The position numbers and the translations under genes were made by a program. Shown here in pieces: positions 1-13,592 of a stretch of DNA of 64,000 nucleotides. Source of the stretch: Selaginella moellendorffii (lineage: Eukaryota; Plantae; Lycopodiophyta); contig NW_003314315.1 of the NCBI RefSeq assembly GCF_000143415.4, positions 1,323,681 through 1,387,680 on the forward strand. Reading direction: 5' to 3'. The notes under the pieces are model-generated. The model saw nothing but the letters and a program-made list of their open reading frames with translations. It was not told where the DNA came from and did no database searches. Position 1 is the first letter of the stretch; every line of letters starts with the position of its first letter.

Positions 1-1
1 G

Positions 2-1189
2 TCGGGGCATTTCCGCGAGGCGCTGCAGGTGATGAGGCAGATGGAGGTGGAGGGGGTGGCGCTGGACGCCGCCGCGCTGAGCTGCGGTGTAGCGGCTTGC
101 AGCGGGCTGGGTGGCGTGGGAGGCCTCAGCCAGGGCCGCGCCCTTCACGCCCGCATCCGGAGCTGTGGATACGAGCAGTTGCCGGCGGTGGGCAACGCGC
201 TGCTCCACATGTACGGCAAGTGCGGACGGATTCGTGAAGCGCGGCTCGTGTTCGACGGCATGGAGGCGCGGGGCGTGATTGCCTGGAATGCGATGCTGGG
301 TGCTTATGCCCAGCACGGTCATGCGAGCGAGGCGCTGGAGTTGTTCCGGGGCATGTCGCTGGAGATGGAAGCGGACGAGGTGACGGTGAGCAGCGTGCTG
401 CACGCGTGCTGCCATGCGGGCATGCTGGAGCGCGGCTGCTGCTGCTTCGGCTCCATGAGCGCCGATTACGGTGTCGCGCCCACTGCCGAGCACCTGGTGA
501 TGGTGGTGGACCTGCTGTCTCGGGTCGGCAAGCTCCAAGACGCGGAGGAGTTGATCGCCCACGCTTACCAGCATCAGCTTGTGCCCGGGGCCCCGGACGA
601 TGCGGTGTGCTGGAGGGCGTTGCTTGGGGCGTGCAGGCTCCAGGACAGCCCAGAGCGGGGCGTCCGGGCCGCCGAGAAGCTCATGGCGCTGGAGCCGGCC
701 GACTCAGCCGCCTATGTGCTGCTGTCGACCATTTACTCGAGGGCTGGGAGGCTGGAGGAGGCGGCGAGCGTCAGGAGGCGCATGGACATGAGAGGGGTGG
801 TGAAGCCAGCGGGGTGGAGCGCCATCGAGGTCAACAACAAGGTGCACGAGTTCGTGTCAGCGGACTCGTGCCCACCGGAGCTGGCCGCCACCCTCGAGGC
901 GCTGGCGGCAGAAATGCAGCGTGCTGGTTACGTGGCCGACGACCCTGGCCACGGCGACAAGGAGAGGCTGGGGAGCTACCACAGCGAGAAGCTGGCAATT
1001 GCATTCGGGATCAGGAGCACTCCAGCCGGGACGAGCCTCCACATTGTCAAGAACCTTCGCGTGTGCGCTGACTGTCACTCGGCCACCAAGTACATCTCCA
1101 GGATTGTGGGGCGGCAGATAATCGTGAGGGATACGTATCGCTTCCACACCTTTGACAAGGGGACTTGCTCCTGCCAAGACTTTTGGTAG
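2..1189 (+). CDS. PLS-class pentatricopeptide repeat protein with E and DYW deaminase domain (C-to-U RNA editing factor type), 5' end outside window
   Basis: PPR motifs (GNALLHMYGKCG, VIAWNAMLGAYAQHG), E domain (AYVLLSTIY...GWSAIEVNNKVHEF), DYW motifs HSEKLA and CADCH, terminal CSCQDFW; frame is open back to base 2. Confidence 0.95.
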   Translation, partial: SGHFREALQVMRQMEVEGVALDAAALSCGVAACSGLGGVGGLSQGRALHARIRSCGYEQLPAVGNALLHMYGKCGRIREARLVFDGMEARGVIAWNAMLGAYAQHGHASEALELFRGMSLEMEADEVTVSSVLHACCHAGMLERGCCCFGSMSADYGVAPTAEHLVMVVDLLSRVGKLQDAEELIAHAYQHQLVPGAPDDAVCWRALLGACRLQDSPERGVRAAEKLMALEPADSAAYVLLSTIYSRAGRLEEAASVRRRMDMRGVVKPAGWSAIEVNNKVHEFVSADSCPPELAATLEALAAEMQRAGYVADDPGHGDKERLGSYHSEKLAIAFGIRSTPAGTSLHIVKNLRVCADCHSATKYISRIVGRQIIVRDTYRFHTFDKGTCSCQDFW

Positions 1190-1211
1190 GGTAACAACGC
1201 AGGTACGTAGT

Positions 1212-1693
1212 ATGGCGTTTTTCGCAATGGCAGCAATGCCGCCGCCTTGCAAGCTCAAGCTCAAGCCCACAACGTCCCACGCGGCCAAGGATTTGAGCTG
1301 GCGGAAGAGCGAGCTGGCTGGCACTGGTGTGGCGGTTCCACTCGTGGTGCCATTGCAGAGGCTTTCGTCCCTCATCGTCCAGCCCCTGGCAAGTAAGTGT
1401 AGCAGAAGCCGCGAGTCCAAACCGATGATTGATAATTTCCTTTTGGGCTTTTGCCAGGCAGGGTGTGCGAGCTGACGGGCAAGAAGTACAACAACGCGCG
1501 CAAGATCTCCTACTCCCACATCCGCACCAGGAAGAAGCAGCAGCCCAACCTGCAGTACAAGCGGCTGTGGTGGGAGGCTGGGCAGAGGTTCGTCAGGCTC
1601 AGGATTTGCACGCAGGCGCTCAAGACCATCGACAAGAAGGGGCTGGACGCCATGGCCAAGGAAGCGGGGATAAACTTGCGCAAGCACCGCTAA
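1212..1693 (+). CDS. RPL28: Plastid 50S ribosomal protein L28 (bL28c) with transit peptide; 2 exons 1212-1392, 1458-1693
   Basis: RVCELTGKK...[46 protein letters not shown] matches plastid L28; GT..AG intron 1393-1457 joins the Ala/Ser-rich N-terminus in frame. Confidence 0.93.
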
Positions 1694-1830
1694 GCTACCT
1701 AAAAAGAAGCAGTGTTAGCCTACACGTTGTTAATGTTAAAAAGGAGCCCCAGTGCCAGATATTTTGTTTGGGGAGAGGAGAGAAGATATTTTGGGGGAGG
1801 GTGATGGCTTAGCTAGGGTTTTAGCGCGCA

Positions 1831-4183
1831 ATGGCGGTGGACGAGGCGGCCTGCCCAGACGACCACAATCCAGCCGCTGCGGCATTCAAGCACTTGGCTG
1901 AAAAGTTCAAAACGGTTGATGGCAAGTTCATGGAGAGGTTTCCTTCTGCAATGCAGAAGGAAGGCGTGGAGAAGGAATTCGGGCAGAGCGGTCTCAAGAA
2001 GCTGCTCGTCAGGGCTGGACAAGGCTGGGATGTCCCCAAGCCTGGTGATGAGCTCACAGGTACTCTTCTCCTCCTTCTTCTTCCTTCGAAAGTAGAGAGG
2101 CTTACTCCATCGGCTAAACCCTTCCATGGATGAATGCAGTGCACTACGTTGGGAGGTTTGCCGATGGAACCAAGTTCGACTCCACCCACGATAAGAACCA
2201 GCCCTTCGTGTTCAGGCTTGGCCAAGGTGGAGTACAATGTGGCTATTCTATCTCAACTCGCTCCTTTGCCTGAGTCTTCCGTGCAGGAGAGGTGATAAGG
2301 GGCTGGGACCGAGGCATTGGCTCGATGAAGAAGAAAGAAGTAGCCGTTTTCACAATCCCACCCGACATGGCCTATGGCAAAGCTGGTTGCCCGCCCCTGG
2401 TTCCTCCAAACGCTACTCTCGTGTTTGAAGTGGAGCTGCTAACTTGGGCTAGCATCACCGACGTGCTCAAAGACGGCGGCATCGTCAAGAAAGTCGTCTC
2501 TGAGGGTCACAAGTGGGAAACTCCTAAAGACTCGGACGAAGTTACAGGTAAGTAATAGCTACCGCTATTTTTCACTTTCCTTACGGAGTAACTCCATGCG
2601 TACCAGTGAGGTTCACGGCGACGTTGCAGGACGGCACCCTTGTTGAAAAGACACCCGCGAAAGGCGTGACCATCTGTCCAAGAGATGGTGCTTGACGGAA
2701 GTGGAACTTGTCTGTTGCAGCTAACAGTTTGAACATTTTGATGCAGGATTCTTTTGCCCTGCAATCGGGAAGGCCGTAAGAGCAATGAAACATGGAGAAC
2801 AAGCATTGTTAACCGTGACGCCTCAGTGTAAGCTAAGCTAGCTGCATAAATCCACTGATTATTATCAAACTGACCAGACTTGCAGACGGATTTGCGGAAC
2901 AGGGGCGTAAGGCTACCCGTAGTGGAGCATATGTGCCTCCCTATGCAACCTTGACTGTTGACATCGAGCTTCTCGAGTGGAGGACGGTAGATGATGTCAC
3001 TGATGACAGGCGTGTTGTCAAGAAGATCTTGGTGGCCGGAGAAGGACAAACCAAGCCGAACGATGGCGCCCTTGTCAGGGGTAACTAGTGGTGCTCTTTG
3101 TGAACAATTTGTCGCTTACATGTGATCTCTGCAGTCAAATACGAGGCCAGACTTTTGGACGGGACGGTCTTTGAGCGCAAAGGCTACGGCCAAGATGACC
3201 TGCTCGAGTTTACCATCGGTGAAGGTAAGGCTGTGTGTTCGTACGAGCTCACTCTTAAAAGGGGCCTTTCTGCAGAGCAAGCTGTGAGTGGCTTAGACAG
3301 AGCTGTGGCAGCTATGAAAAAAGGTGAAGTTGCGGAGGTGACAATCGCTCCAGATTATGGGTATGGTGGCTCGGAATTTCGGACGGACCTGGCAACTGTA
3401 CCACCAAGTTCCACGCTAGTGTACATCGTTGAGCTTGTCAGCTTTGACAAGGTTGGTTTTTTCCAAGTTCTCCATGGTATGACGCATGCATGTGTCTCGT
3501 ATCTCAGGACAAAGACATCTGGGAAATGAGCACCCTTGAGAAGCTGGAAGCAGCAAGCAAGCACAAAGAAGAAGGGAACCAGCATTTCAAGGGCGGAAAG
3601 TACTGGCGTGCTTCGAAGAAGTACGACAAGGCAGGTAGCACTTCCTTGTGTCGCACACGCTTTGACGGTATTGCCTTTCGCCTTGTTGTAGGCTGTCAAA
3701 TACATTGATCACGATCACAAGTTTTCTGACGAGGAGAAAAAGCTGTCTAAGCAGCTCAAAACCGTATGCTGCGTAAACAATGCTGCGTCCAAACTGAAGC
3801 AGGAGAAGTACAAAGATTGCATTGCTTTATGCACGAAGGTGGGCGAGCACTGAACGTGCACTCTTCCTAGTCTCAGACTCTTATCGCACAGGTGCTGGAT
3901 CTGGAGGCCGGCAATATGAAAGCGCTTTATAGGCGAGCCCAGGCTTATTTGGAGAACGCGGACATTGAACTGGCGGACAAGGACGTGAGAAAGATGATTG
4001 CTGCCGATCCGCACAACAGGTGAGTAGCGGGTTCTAACAGTCGGGGCATCATCTGATTCTGAGTTGTACAGAGATGCCAAGGTGCTCCAGCAGGAACTGA
4101 GAAAGCGGGGATTGGACTATGACAAAAAAGCTGCAAAGCTTTTCGGCACTATGGTTGCCAGATTGAATAGCGAGAGCTCGTAA
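1831..4183 (+). CDS. FKBP62: ROF1/FKBP62-like peptidyl-prolyl cis-trans isomerase (three FKBP domains + TPR), multi-exon
   Basis: Exonic peptides GLKKLL..G.GWD.PKPGDE, VHYVGRFADGTKFDST, IRGWDRGIGSMKK, VPPNATLVFEVELL, VKYEARLLDGTVF, KEEGNQHFKGGKYWRASKKY, NMKALYRRAQAY; short introns; stop TAA 4181-4183. Confidence 0.92.
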
Positions 4184-4419
4184 AAATAAATGGAGTTAGC
4201 TAAGCTCTTACATAACTTACCATCCTTCCGTTTCTGACGGGCTTAACACCTTGGCAACAGTAGAAGCTGACATCTCGCAGCAGCTGTCAGTCGATCCGTC
4301 CGACACTTGCTGAAACTGATTGTCTTCTAGTTCCTGCATATGACAAGCAAGCTCCAATTTTGCAGGATTTTCATATTTTTTTAGTGTTGCCCTTATCAAA
4401 TGAAGGGAATTTGTTTCCT

Positions 4420-6720
4420 TGGCTCATGAGAGTGTCTTATGACTCTTGAACTGAGGAGCTGAACTGTGGGCATTCCTATTAGAAATCTCTCAAAAAGTTT
4501 AATGAAGTTTTATCAAGCTTGTGAGCTCAAGTCATTTTGCATTAGGAGAATGACAGCTAGCTTGCAAGTGAGCTGAGATCTCAATCTAGTATATTATGTA
4601 CTATGAAGAAGCATCAATAATTGAGTGGGAAATTGGGGAGTTGGGGAGTTGCTTGGAAGAACTGTTGTCAGCCCAACAACAAATGCCACGGGAATGTCTC
4701 AAAATTGGTACAAGGTGCAAGTCACAACAAGGTCATGCCCCTAGATAAGGTTGGCAAAATCCTCTTGCCTAACATCAGTTCCAAAAACATAGAAGCCAAA
4801 AAGAACATTGTCAATTTTGTCTTGCAATTTCTACATGATTGTGGAGATGTGGAGATTTGGCTTAGGACATGAAGAGGATGACATTGTGTCTCAATTTGTC
4901 ATCTTAGATGTCCAATGGTTTATCAAGGATGTGGTGCAACTCTTCATACATACTGAGACAAGCAAACTCAAAAGTCAAATGGAAACACACAGAGTTAAAT
5001 ATCAATTGCAAGAACAATGTGGGAACCAAGACAAAATAGTGGAGTACAGTCTTGGAGTGCTCCATGAGATGTGAGTGATATTGCCTTGGGATGGGATGGG
5101 AATTGGCATAACCTACTTAAGGAGTTGATAGTGCCAACACTATTGAAAGAAAAATATTCATCTCCAGAATATTTATTATCAATTGACACTCAAAAAAGCC
5201 ACAACTACTGGGGCAGAAGGTTTGAATGCAAAGACAAGGACATGAAATTGTTTCTTGCAAGTATTTTCATAAAGATCCAAATTAAACTTCACAAATTAAG
5301 CAAGAAAGGCTTCATGTTTGGGAATGGATGGGTGGCTTTGAAAGAGAACTTTATCAAGACAATTGTGGGAGTTGCAGGAGACATGGACAATTGGAAAGAT
5401 AAGCAATGGGTTGATGTTCATCTACTACTTAAAAGAGGTAGAGTATACACCAAGGCTAGATTTGGAAAAAGAAGCTGAAGGATGAATGAAAGAAGTTAGA
5501 AATTGCATTATTGGGGTATGTATGGAGGATTGCCCATCTTTGGAAATTGAAGAAAATGTGATGAGACGTGGTTATATGTGGAGAAGGATAATAAATAAGA
5601 TAGGCAAACCAAAATCATGGGATGCAGTTGTTTGTCCACTAAAGCAAGTCAAATGTGAAGCAAGAGAAAGAGGTCTAGACTACTCCCACATTTGGAATTA
5701 TTCACATGTGGGATATGAATAATGATTTAAAGGTCTCATATGAGAATGTTTTGGCTGAGCTATTGATGCACAATACGCAAAAACATAAAGTGATGAATAA
5801 GTTTGTTGAACTTCATGAACTCTTAAAGGACTATGAGGAGGTTGGAAAGTCATAATTCGCAAAGTATCATCAGATGTCGTTAAGATTCCGAATGTTAGAG
5901 ACTTAGAATTTGATGCAATCTTCAGATATTTTGAAAAGAGGTTTGATGAAATGGAGAACTATTTTGATAAGATGGATATGAAACTTGATGACATTGAAGT
6001 AAACCTCGACAGAATTGTTTCAAATATTGATGCAATCCTGAGATATGTTAGGATAAAAGGTTTGATAAAATGGACAACCATTTTGACAAGGTGGATATAA
6101 AACTTAATGATATTGAAGTATGCCTTGACAAGCTTAAGAATGAACTCAAGTCTACCATGGATAAAGTGAATGCAATCCATACAAGGTATTTGCAGGTATT
6201 ATTGAAATTGGAGATAGATTGCCCAAAGTATCCATATATTCTTGATGAGAATAATAGGTGGAAAAATTATAGTAAAATACTGGGAACACATGTTAGACTT
6301 CACTACTTGTATGAATGGCCTAGAGGAACTTATATTCAAGGAGCTAAAAGTCATCAAGTGAAGAGTTCTATAGGTGTTAAATTGGATTTCCCACCAAACT
6401 AACTCAAAAAATTTGCTCCAATACTTAAACATACATTAATCCTATTATTTATTGGGGCCAAAGTTGAAGGACATTTTGCTGATGTTGGAAAGATAGTAAA
6501 TACATTTATGGATGAGATCAAGGGAAGCCTTATAAGCTTTTTGGATTCATATCTTCTCAAAAGCAAGCTAGCTATAAATCCTAAAGCAAAAGATGTGCAA
6601 AAGATATTTAAGCTAGTGACAACTAAATTTAGGAGAGAAGAAAAGTAGGAGAAGATCATGGAAAAATATTTTGCTTTTCATCCCACAATCCTGAATGAAA
6701 GAAAAATATGAGTCTGCAAA
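4420..6720 (+). pseudogene. Decayed TORNADO1-like / ROCO-COR domain gene
   Basis: Broken ORFs with LQFLHDCGDV, FVILDVQWF and YWGRRFECKD..LFLASIFIKIQIKLH (resembles the TRN1 COR region), then coiled-coil repeats FDK.D.KL.DIEV.LD; several stops and frameshifts. Confidence 0.6.
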
Positions 6721-8040
6721 AGTATTTAATATTTAAGTTTTTAGTTTTATCTAACAAGCACCATTCTAAAGCAGATCATCAATCTAAATTTTTATAAGGT
6801 GAATTAACAAGATGAATGTATTGTGGAAAAACAAAAGACAACTAACTATCATAAAAGATCATCAATCATCCCATCAATGAAGAGATGTATAATCATTGTT
6901 GAAGAAAGAATCAACCATTTTACATTTGAATGTCAACATAGTTGTTAACTAGCAAATGCACAAATGCCAATAACACAAAACTACAACTAAATCATCAACA
7001 CTCTTCATCAAGACTAATGAAACTCAATATCAATTTTAAGGAGAGACATTTCATTTCATTCGAATCTTAACATCAATATTGTCAACGACAGGGCATCACT
7101 TCAATGCCATCAACATTAGAACAAAACTAAAAGAAAGAAAGAGTGAATCACCACTCAAAACTCTCTAACAACTAAGCTAACTAAAGTCAAAAACACTTTA
7201 GTTAGTATTCAAAATGAATTCTTCAACAATCCTCAATTATAGATAACACATCATCAAGGAGTGAATCACCACATCCAAAACTCAATATAATCCAACACTA
7301 TAAATTAAATACAATCAAATGATATTAACAAAGATAGAGTCAATATGCCAACATAGAGAAACCATACAAGCCTACGACACAATCCTCCATAACACCATTT
7401 AGTAAAGCAAGCCTATCATTGATAAATTTTCATTGAGCGAAGCAAGTGTTAAAAGTCCTCGACGAAGTCTAAAAGCAATCACTAGTCGTAAAGCAACTAA
7501 CAACTGCCTTTTAACTTGCTTTCATAAAACCCAAACACTAAACTCATATCATCAAGTCATATACTTGTCTAACATAAATGTAATACCCTAGGTACAAGAT
7601 AAAGGTTCATGGACAAGCATAAACCTCGAATCCAACTCAACTACAATAAGCTCACTAATGCGTTTAATTAATAGCTTTAAGCATGCCTTGAAGAGGCTAG
7701 CTATGCATAATTAACACTTAGTCAAAACTAAAGTGAAGACTATAAGATGGACTTATATTCCTCATAGACAAAGCTATAGTACTGGTGTTAACTGTGAGAC
7801 ACAAATCCCTAAGCCTTAAAAAGGAGCCGAAAGGGTGCCACATGGTAGTGGCTGAAGCGAAAGCTAAACAAGCATAATATACTTGGACTAAAAGTGCCAA
7901 CTTGAAAAGTTGAGAGCAGAAGTGGAACTCCCAACAAAGGGCTTGAGGAACAAGCATAAAGCGAATAATAAGTGAGTCTCTAGAAAAGGGAGACAAAAGG
8001 ACTAACCCATGATATGTGGAAGTGTTGAGATAAAGGCTAA

Positions 8041-8382
8041 CTGAGATGGAGTTCGAGATGGAGTTTGAGATGGACCTAAAATGGAGTCTGAGATGGAGTC
8101 CAAGATGGAGTCTGAGATGGACCTGAGATGGAGTCCGAGATGGAGTCCGAGATGAACCTAAGATGAAGTCTGAGATGGACCCAAGATGAAGTCTGAGATG
8201 GAGTCCGAGATGGAGTCTGAGATGGACATAAGATGGAGTTTGAGACGAACCTGAGAGGGAGTCCGAGACCGAGACCGAGTCTCCAAGACCAAGTCCGAGT
8301 CCGAAACCATGTCCAAGTCCGAAACCATGTCCGAGTCCGAAACTGAGATCGAGACTGAGTCTGAGTCCGAGTCCGAGTCTGA
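8041..8382. repeat. Minisatellite in 5' LTR (GAGATGGAGTCC / GAGATGGACCC units grading into GAGTCC/GAGACC 6-mers)
   Basis: Directly visible tandem 11-12-mers. Confidence 0.9.
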
Positions 8383-11300
8383 ATACTGATACAGGCAGTT
8401 GGGTGAAAGCCCAAAGTGATCGTCCCCCAGGGGGGGGGGGCGGCTGCGGGGGGTTCCAAAAGTATAGTAGGGAGAGTGTGGGGGTTGGAGCCCAGTGGAG
8501 CCAGTTTGGCCCAGGAAGGTCATACCCAGTGTTGGGTGATGAGCTGACCACTGGGAAGTCCAAGACTAGAGTGAATACGGACCGACAAGCGGGGTAGCTT
8601 GGTGAAGTATTCAAGAGACGGCTCAACGGAACCTCGCTCTAAGCCCATGGCTAGAGCACCCAAAGGCGGAAGGCGGGGAGAGTACCCCCGAGGCCCGCGT
8701 AGGGCCACGGTGTTCCGAAATGGTGTCCCAAAGTCGCAGACTGTGGAAAGGAAGAGGAGTAGCCCTCTGGTGTGGTGACCAAGGACACAGTCACATGGTG
8801 AGGAAATCCAGAGGATAGTGGGACTTAGTGGTCGGGCCGTTAGGCCTTGATCTAGTGGCAGTGTTGGCAAACACAACCAAGGACAGAAAGGGACTTGGTG
8901 GGGACCGGAACGGAGATATTGGGGAAGGCTATTCCCCATGTCTGTAGGCATCCTAAGGATGTTAAGGAGTGGATCTGGGATGATCACTCATGGATGGATG
9001 ACCCAGTCTTTGAAAGACGGGATTGGAATGTAGGTGGTGTTGGACCACTAGTGTGACCAAGGTAAATGGGCATGGCCTTAGCGTAATGGGTCGATACGTC
9101 AGTGGTACCTTGGGGTGTTGATCATGGGATCGGACACGTGGAGCACCTGGACCAAGTGCTAAAGTTGAGTGGCATAGATGCCATTCTCAGGGCTAGCAAG
9201 CCCCAAGTCCTGAATGGGACTTATGGAAGTTGTGAATGAGACTCCTCCAAGTGGTCGGAGGTGCGGTTAAATGACTAAAGTAGAATGGAAACTTTAGTCG
9301 CTTACAACTTGGTATCGGAGCTGTTCCTTAGTCCGACTTTTATTGGTGGCCAAGTATATCACCACTTGTATTGGAATTGAAAGGTCCTAGGTGTGGACCT
9401 ATCCTTGAAGAGTAGCATGTCGAGAGGACATGGCTCTCCACTCAAGTTCATGCATGAACTTGTGCATAATGTGGTGGATGGAAAAGGGCCAGTAAGGGAA
9501 CGACTTTGGGATCTTGGGAACAGTATAAGGGTTTCCTCAGAGAGTTGAGGATGTGATCCGGATGAGCATTTGATGCAGCAAATGGGCTAATGTAGTTGTG
9601 GTAAACAACTATAGTTGGGATCACAGGAAAGAGGTAGACTCCAAAAAAATAAAGGAGTCACAAGATTACCCTTATGTGGTTGAGGCTGGTGCTCATAAGT
9701 TTGAGACCAGAATTGATGACTGTGGGAAGTCAAATACGGAAGAGGACACAAGTCCTTGAAATGGTAGCCGGGGCTACTTCTAATAAATGCTGGAACAACC
9801 CAAGGAGTTGGGGGTGTATTTAGAGGATGAGTTGGTATTTTCATCACATAGACAAGTAGTTCTAAGGGGCAAAAGGTTGCCCCCAGAGAACGAAATCGAG
9901 TGTTAGAATAACACTCATGATGGTGGTCCTGGTGAGTAGGACATGAATACAAGAAGTTGTATTCCAATGAGCTAGCATCTCAAAAGTAAGACCTTATAGG
10001 TCGGGTGATTAGGAAAAGTCCAAAAGGCTGAATGACTTAAGTGGAGTCAAGGAATAGTCCTAAAGGACTAATGGAAACATTTGGACTGAGGTGTGTTGTG
10101 CCCCACGAAGGATGGGGAGGATCATAAAATCCAAGTATGAGAACGGTGGGTATCTCATAGGTGGCAGAATGTGCCATATTAAAGTCGTGGGAAAGGTGTT
10201 CCCAGAAGAAGCAACTTTGGTGCAGAGTTGTGTGTGAACACTATGGTGTAGTGCTAACAGATAGTTGGCATAAGAAATGATTGGGTTGGTCTTGGCAAAG
10301 ACCTAGACACAAGTGCAAAGTGTCATAAAGGTAGACTCATGGAGTCGATGGTGTGGGGACACCAAATGGGCCAAGGTGTGATACCTTGGGATTATGTTGA
10401 TGGGTTCATGAGAACCCCTTGCCAAAGGAATTCTAATGGAAATGGGAATGGCATAGCCTAAGCTGGAAGGCATGAGGTAGAGTGTGGTGACCCGGATAAT
10501 GATGGATTTGTGCAAGCACCAGCAATGAGTTGTAGGACTTGGCAACTATAAGGCAACTAAGCAAGAGGTGCAGGTAATTGGTTAAACAGGTAGAAGGTAG
10601 CTATCCAAGACTTCTTAATGGCATAAAGAAGTTAAATATACCCTTATCGGGGATAAGTTGCTTATGTTGTGATAGAGTAGGTCAATGTCGTAAAAGGAAA
10701 TGCTCATTGTCAATGAGGCCATTATTGGGACACTCAAACACTCTAGAACACCAAGAGGTGTTGTTTAGTGTTGCTAAAAGCAATAGATAAGGCCCAAGGG
10801 ATAAAGTCCTTAGCGAATGATGGATAGAAGGTGCTATCCAAATGTCCAAGGTTGCAGAGATGGGAGAAATCTCTCTACCTGAATTGGACAAAGTCAAAAA
10901 GGGATTTTGGCAGGGCTAATGATGGGCATAGAAAGGCCCATAAGTAACAACGGTAATCCCAGCAGGTGGGATTACAAGGTGAGCAAACCCGGATCGAGGA
11001 ACCACTCCCTAGGCTGTCGGGTAGGTTCATCCCTATGAATACTTGCCAAAGCATGGTAGAAAGTGCAAAGCTATCTTCCTAATTTGGAGGAGAATAACCG
11101 AAGAAAAGGTGTGAGGCCAAAGGCAAGAAGTAAAGGGATAGAACCAAACCATAGGAATTGACAAGCATGACCAAAGGTGGTTATGCAAGTTGGGAGTGGA
11201 GAATCAAGTGGGTGCTCAAGCATGTTGTTACTAGCGATCGAGATGCCATGGAGAGTCTAAAGCATGGGATTGTCCATGTTAGACTATATGGTAATTGGAA

Positions 11301-13592
11301 AGCTTGTGAAAATGAGAGACCTTAGCAAGCTAAGGAACAGAGTTCCTTGAACGTTCCCCTAGGTAGATAAATACCTAGTCAGCCAAGTGTAAATGGTTCA
11401 TAGAACGGGCAAAATCAGAATGGCGTAGCAGAAGCGTGGTCTTGAAGCTTGCTAGGAGGCAAAGCTATCAAGGCTGGGGAAGTAGTTCCCGAGTGTTCAA
11501 AGAGAGGGCTTTGAATGAAAGTCGATGGTTAAGGACTTTCACGCTTATGCATGAACCATGTTACAGTGGCCGGATGACTTGCTAAGTGAGATTGGCAAGT
11601 TGGGGGAATGAATACCCTACTTGAAGGAGCCAACTTCAAAGGGGTGGCTCGTGGGGCCGAGTATGGAGGAGTCCATGCATGATCACAGACATGTCGAGTG
11701 AGAGGACTTGGTAGTGGGGAGGAACTAGGTTCCTAAGCTGTGATCTGTAGCGCGCTTTAAATAAAAGTTGGTGCACCGGCGTGGGGAGTCATGCCATGCA
11801 TCCTGCGTGATGCCATCCGTAGATGCATATACAGAGGTTGGGTTCGAGTCCTGACCCTCTAGTGCTTGGGTTTGAGTCCCAACTCACTAAGGCGTGGTGA
11901 TGGTTTGGAATATGAGGACACTCATATTTCGGTGGTCATGGACTCTTAGTCGGGAGACTGGTTTGGGCACACCGCCAAGCGAAGGATGCCTCGGAGTCGT
12001 GATGCACGGTTAGATTGCTTAGTGTGAAAGCTCGGCATATCTAACTTGAGAACTTTGTTGCAAGTGGCACCAAGGACGTGGTGAATGAGATGGGGACACC
12101 TAGTCTCAATTGCTATGGACCCTTCGCCAGATGGGCTGGCTTGGGTGCACCGCCAAGTGTGGGGGATGCCCCCAGGGTCATGGTCAACAACTTAAAGGTC
12201 TAGAAGACCTAGTACCTTTTAGCAAACCTGTTAAGATGCCAAGGTTAGATCACTAGGTGATCTTATGGCCAAAACAAGGACAATGTCTTTGTGAGGTTAA
12301 AGGATAAAGTTCCAAGTTCAAAGTGTTGATTGGAACTATTGATGATGGTGTGGCTTGGTCAAGGTGACCAAGTGAGAAGGACACCTTAGGGAAATGAGAT
12401 ATGTCAATACGATGACATAGTGAGTCCGAGGAAAGTAGTCTCTATAAGAGACCCATGGGAGGGTCACAAAGTTGGGCCGTGGATAGAGCCTATAGCAGAA
12501 GATGCTAAAGATACCTACTAGGGGTGAACACCCTCCGGACTTGGCAAAGAAGAGTCTTTGCTATGGAACCGAAAGGATACTTCGAAAATGGAGGTAGCGA
12601 TCCTATGTTGCTGAGTGCAACAATCAAGGATAGGAGCAAAATACTAGTGGCTAAGTAAAGAGCCATGGGAATCATGAGAAAGAATCCAAATGGCAAAGTT
12701 AGGCCAAGAACACTAAGGTGTTAGGTGCTAACGGATTGTGGGAAAGGCAATGTGTTCCCAAGGATGGATTCCCAATTGCTCTAATGTGGCGAAAGTGGAA
12801 GCTTCAAGGGTGGGAGCGGTAAGGTAGCCAAATGATAGGGATGTGGACAGCCCTAGCACAAATTACGATAACTGGAACTTAGTGCTAAAGGTGGCACGAT
12901 ATCGAAGAGAGGATGATGGTGCCCCCAAGTAAAGAACTTCCTAGGATGGGGAAGTGGAGTTGCACCATGTGCAACGTAAGGTGTTGGAGACACCTAGGAA
13001 ATCAACTTTGAGAAGTCAAAACTAAAAGTTCCAAAGTGCAAAGGTTACGTCGATGGAATTTGAGACTACTCGAGAATGAGTAGTGGAATTGAGTTAGAGA
13101 AGGTGTCTCTAATGGGTTTAGCGGGAACTGAACCAATAAAAGGGAGCAAACTAGCCCAGGTGGTCAAATGAGTCTCTATATTGGAGAGACTATGCTCCTT
13201 AGAGGATGGATAAGGCATGGTGAGCCTTCGGTGTCAAACTATGGACAAATGTTGGCTGGGTGCCAAGGATGGAAATGGTAACACATGCGGGTGTTACTTT
13301 ATGAAAGGGTTTACCGTTTGATGAGGACATTGAACTTCGTCTATGGGTGGTGGAGTTGTGAGACACAAAATCCCTAGGCCCCAAAGTGGAGCCGAAAGGG
13401 TGCCATGTGGTAGTGGCTGAAGCGAAAGCCAAACGAGCATAACACGTTTGGACTAAAAGCTCTGACTGGAAAAGGTCGAGAGTGGGAGTGGAACTCCCAA
13501 CGAAGTGCTCAAGGAACGAGCACGAAGCGAGCAATAAGTGAGGCTCCAAAAAGGGACCCCAAAAAGGACCAACACATGACATGTGGAAGTGT

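Noticed and set aside
1-25. Window start resembles 40825-40850 (GTCGGGGCATT.CCGCGAGGCG)
   Set aside because: Both encode the same PPR motif position (SGH.REA); paralogy, not a TSD or element end
406-1812. Overlapping alternative-frame and antisense ORFs on PPR and RPL28
   Set aside because: Expected shadows of GC-rich coding sequence; no recognisable motifs
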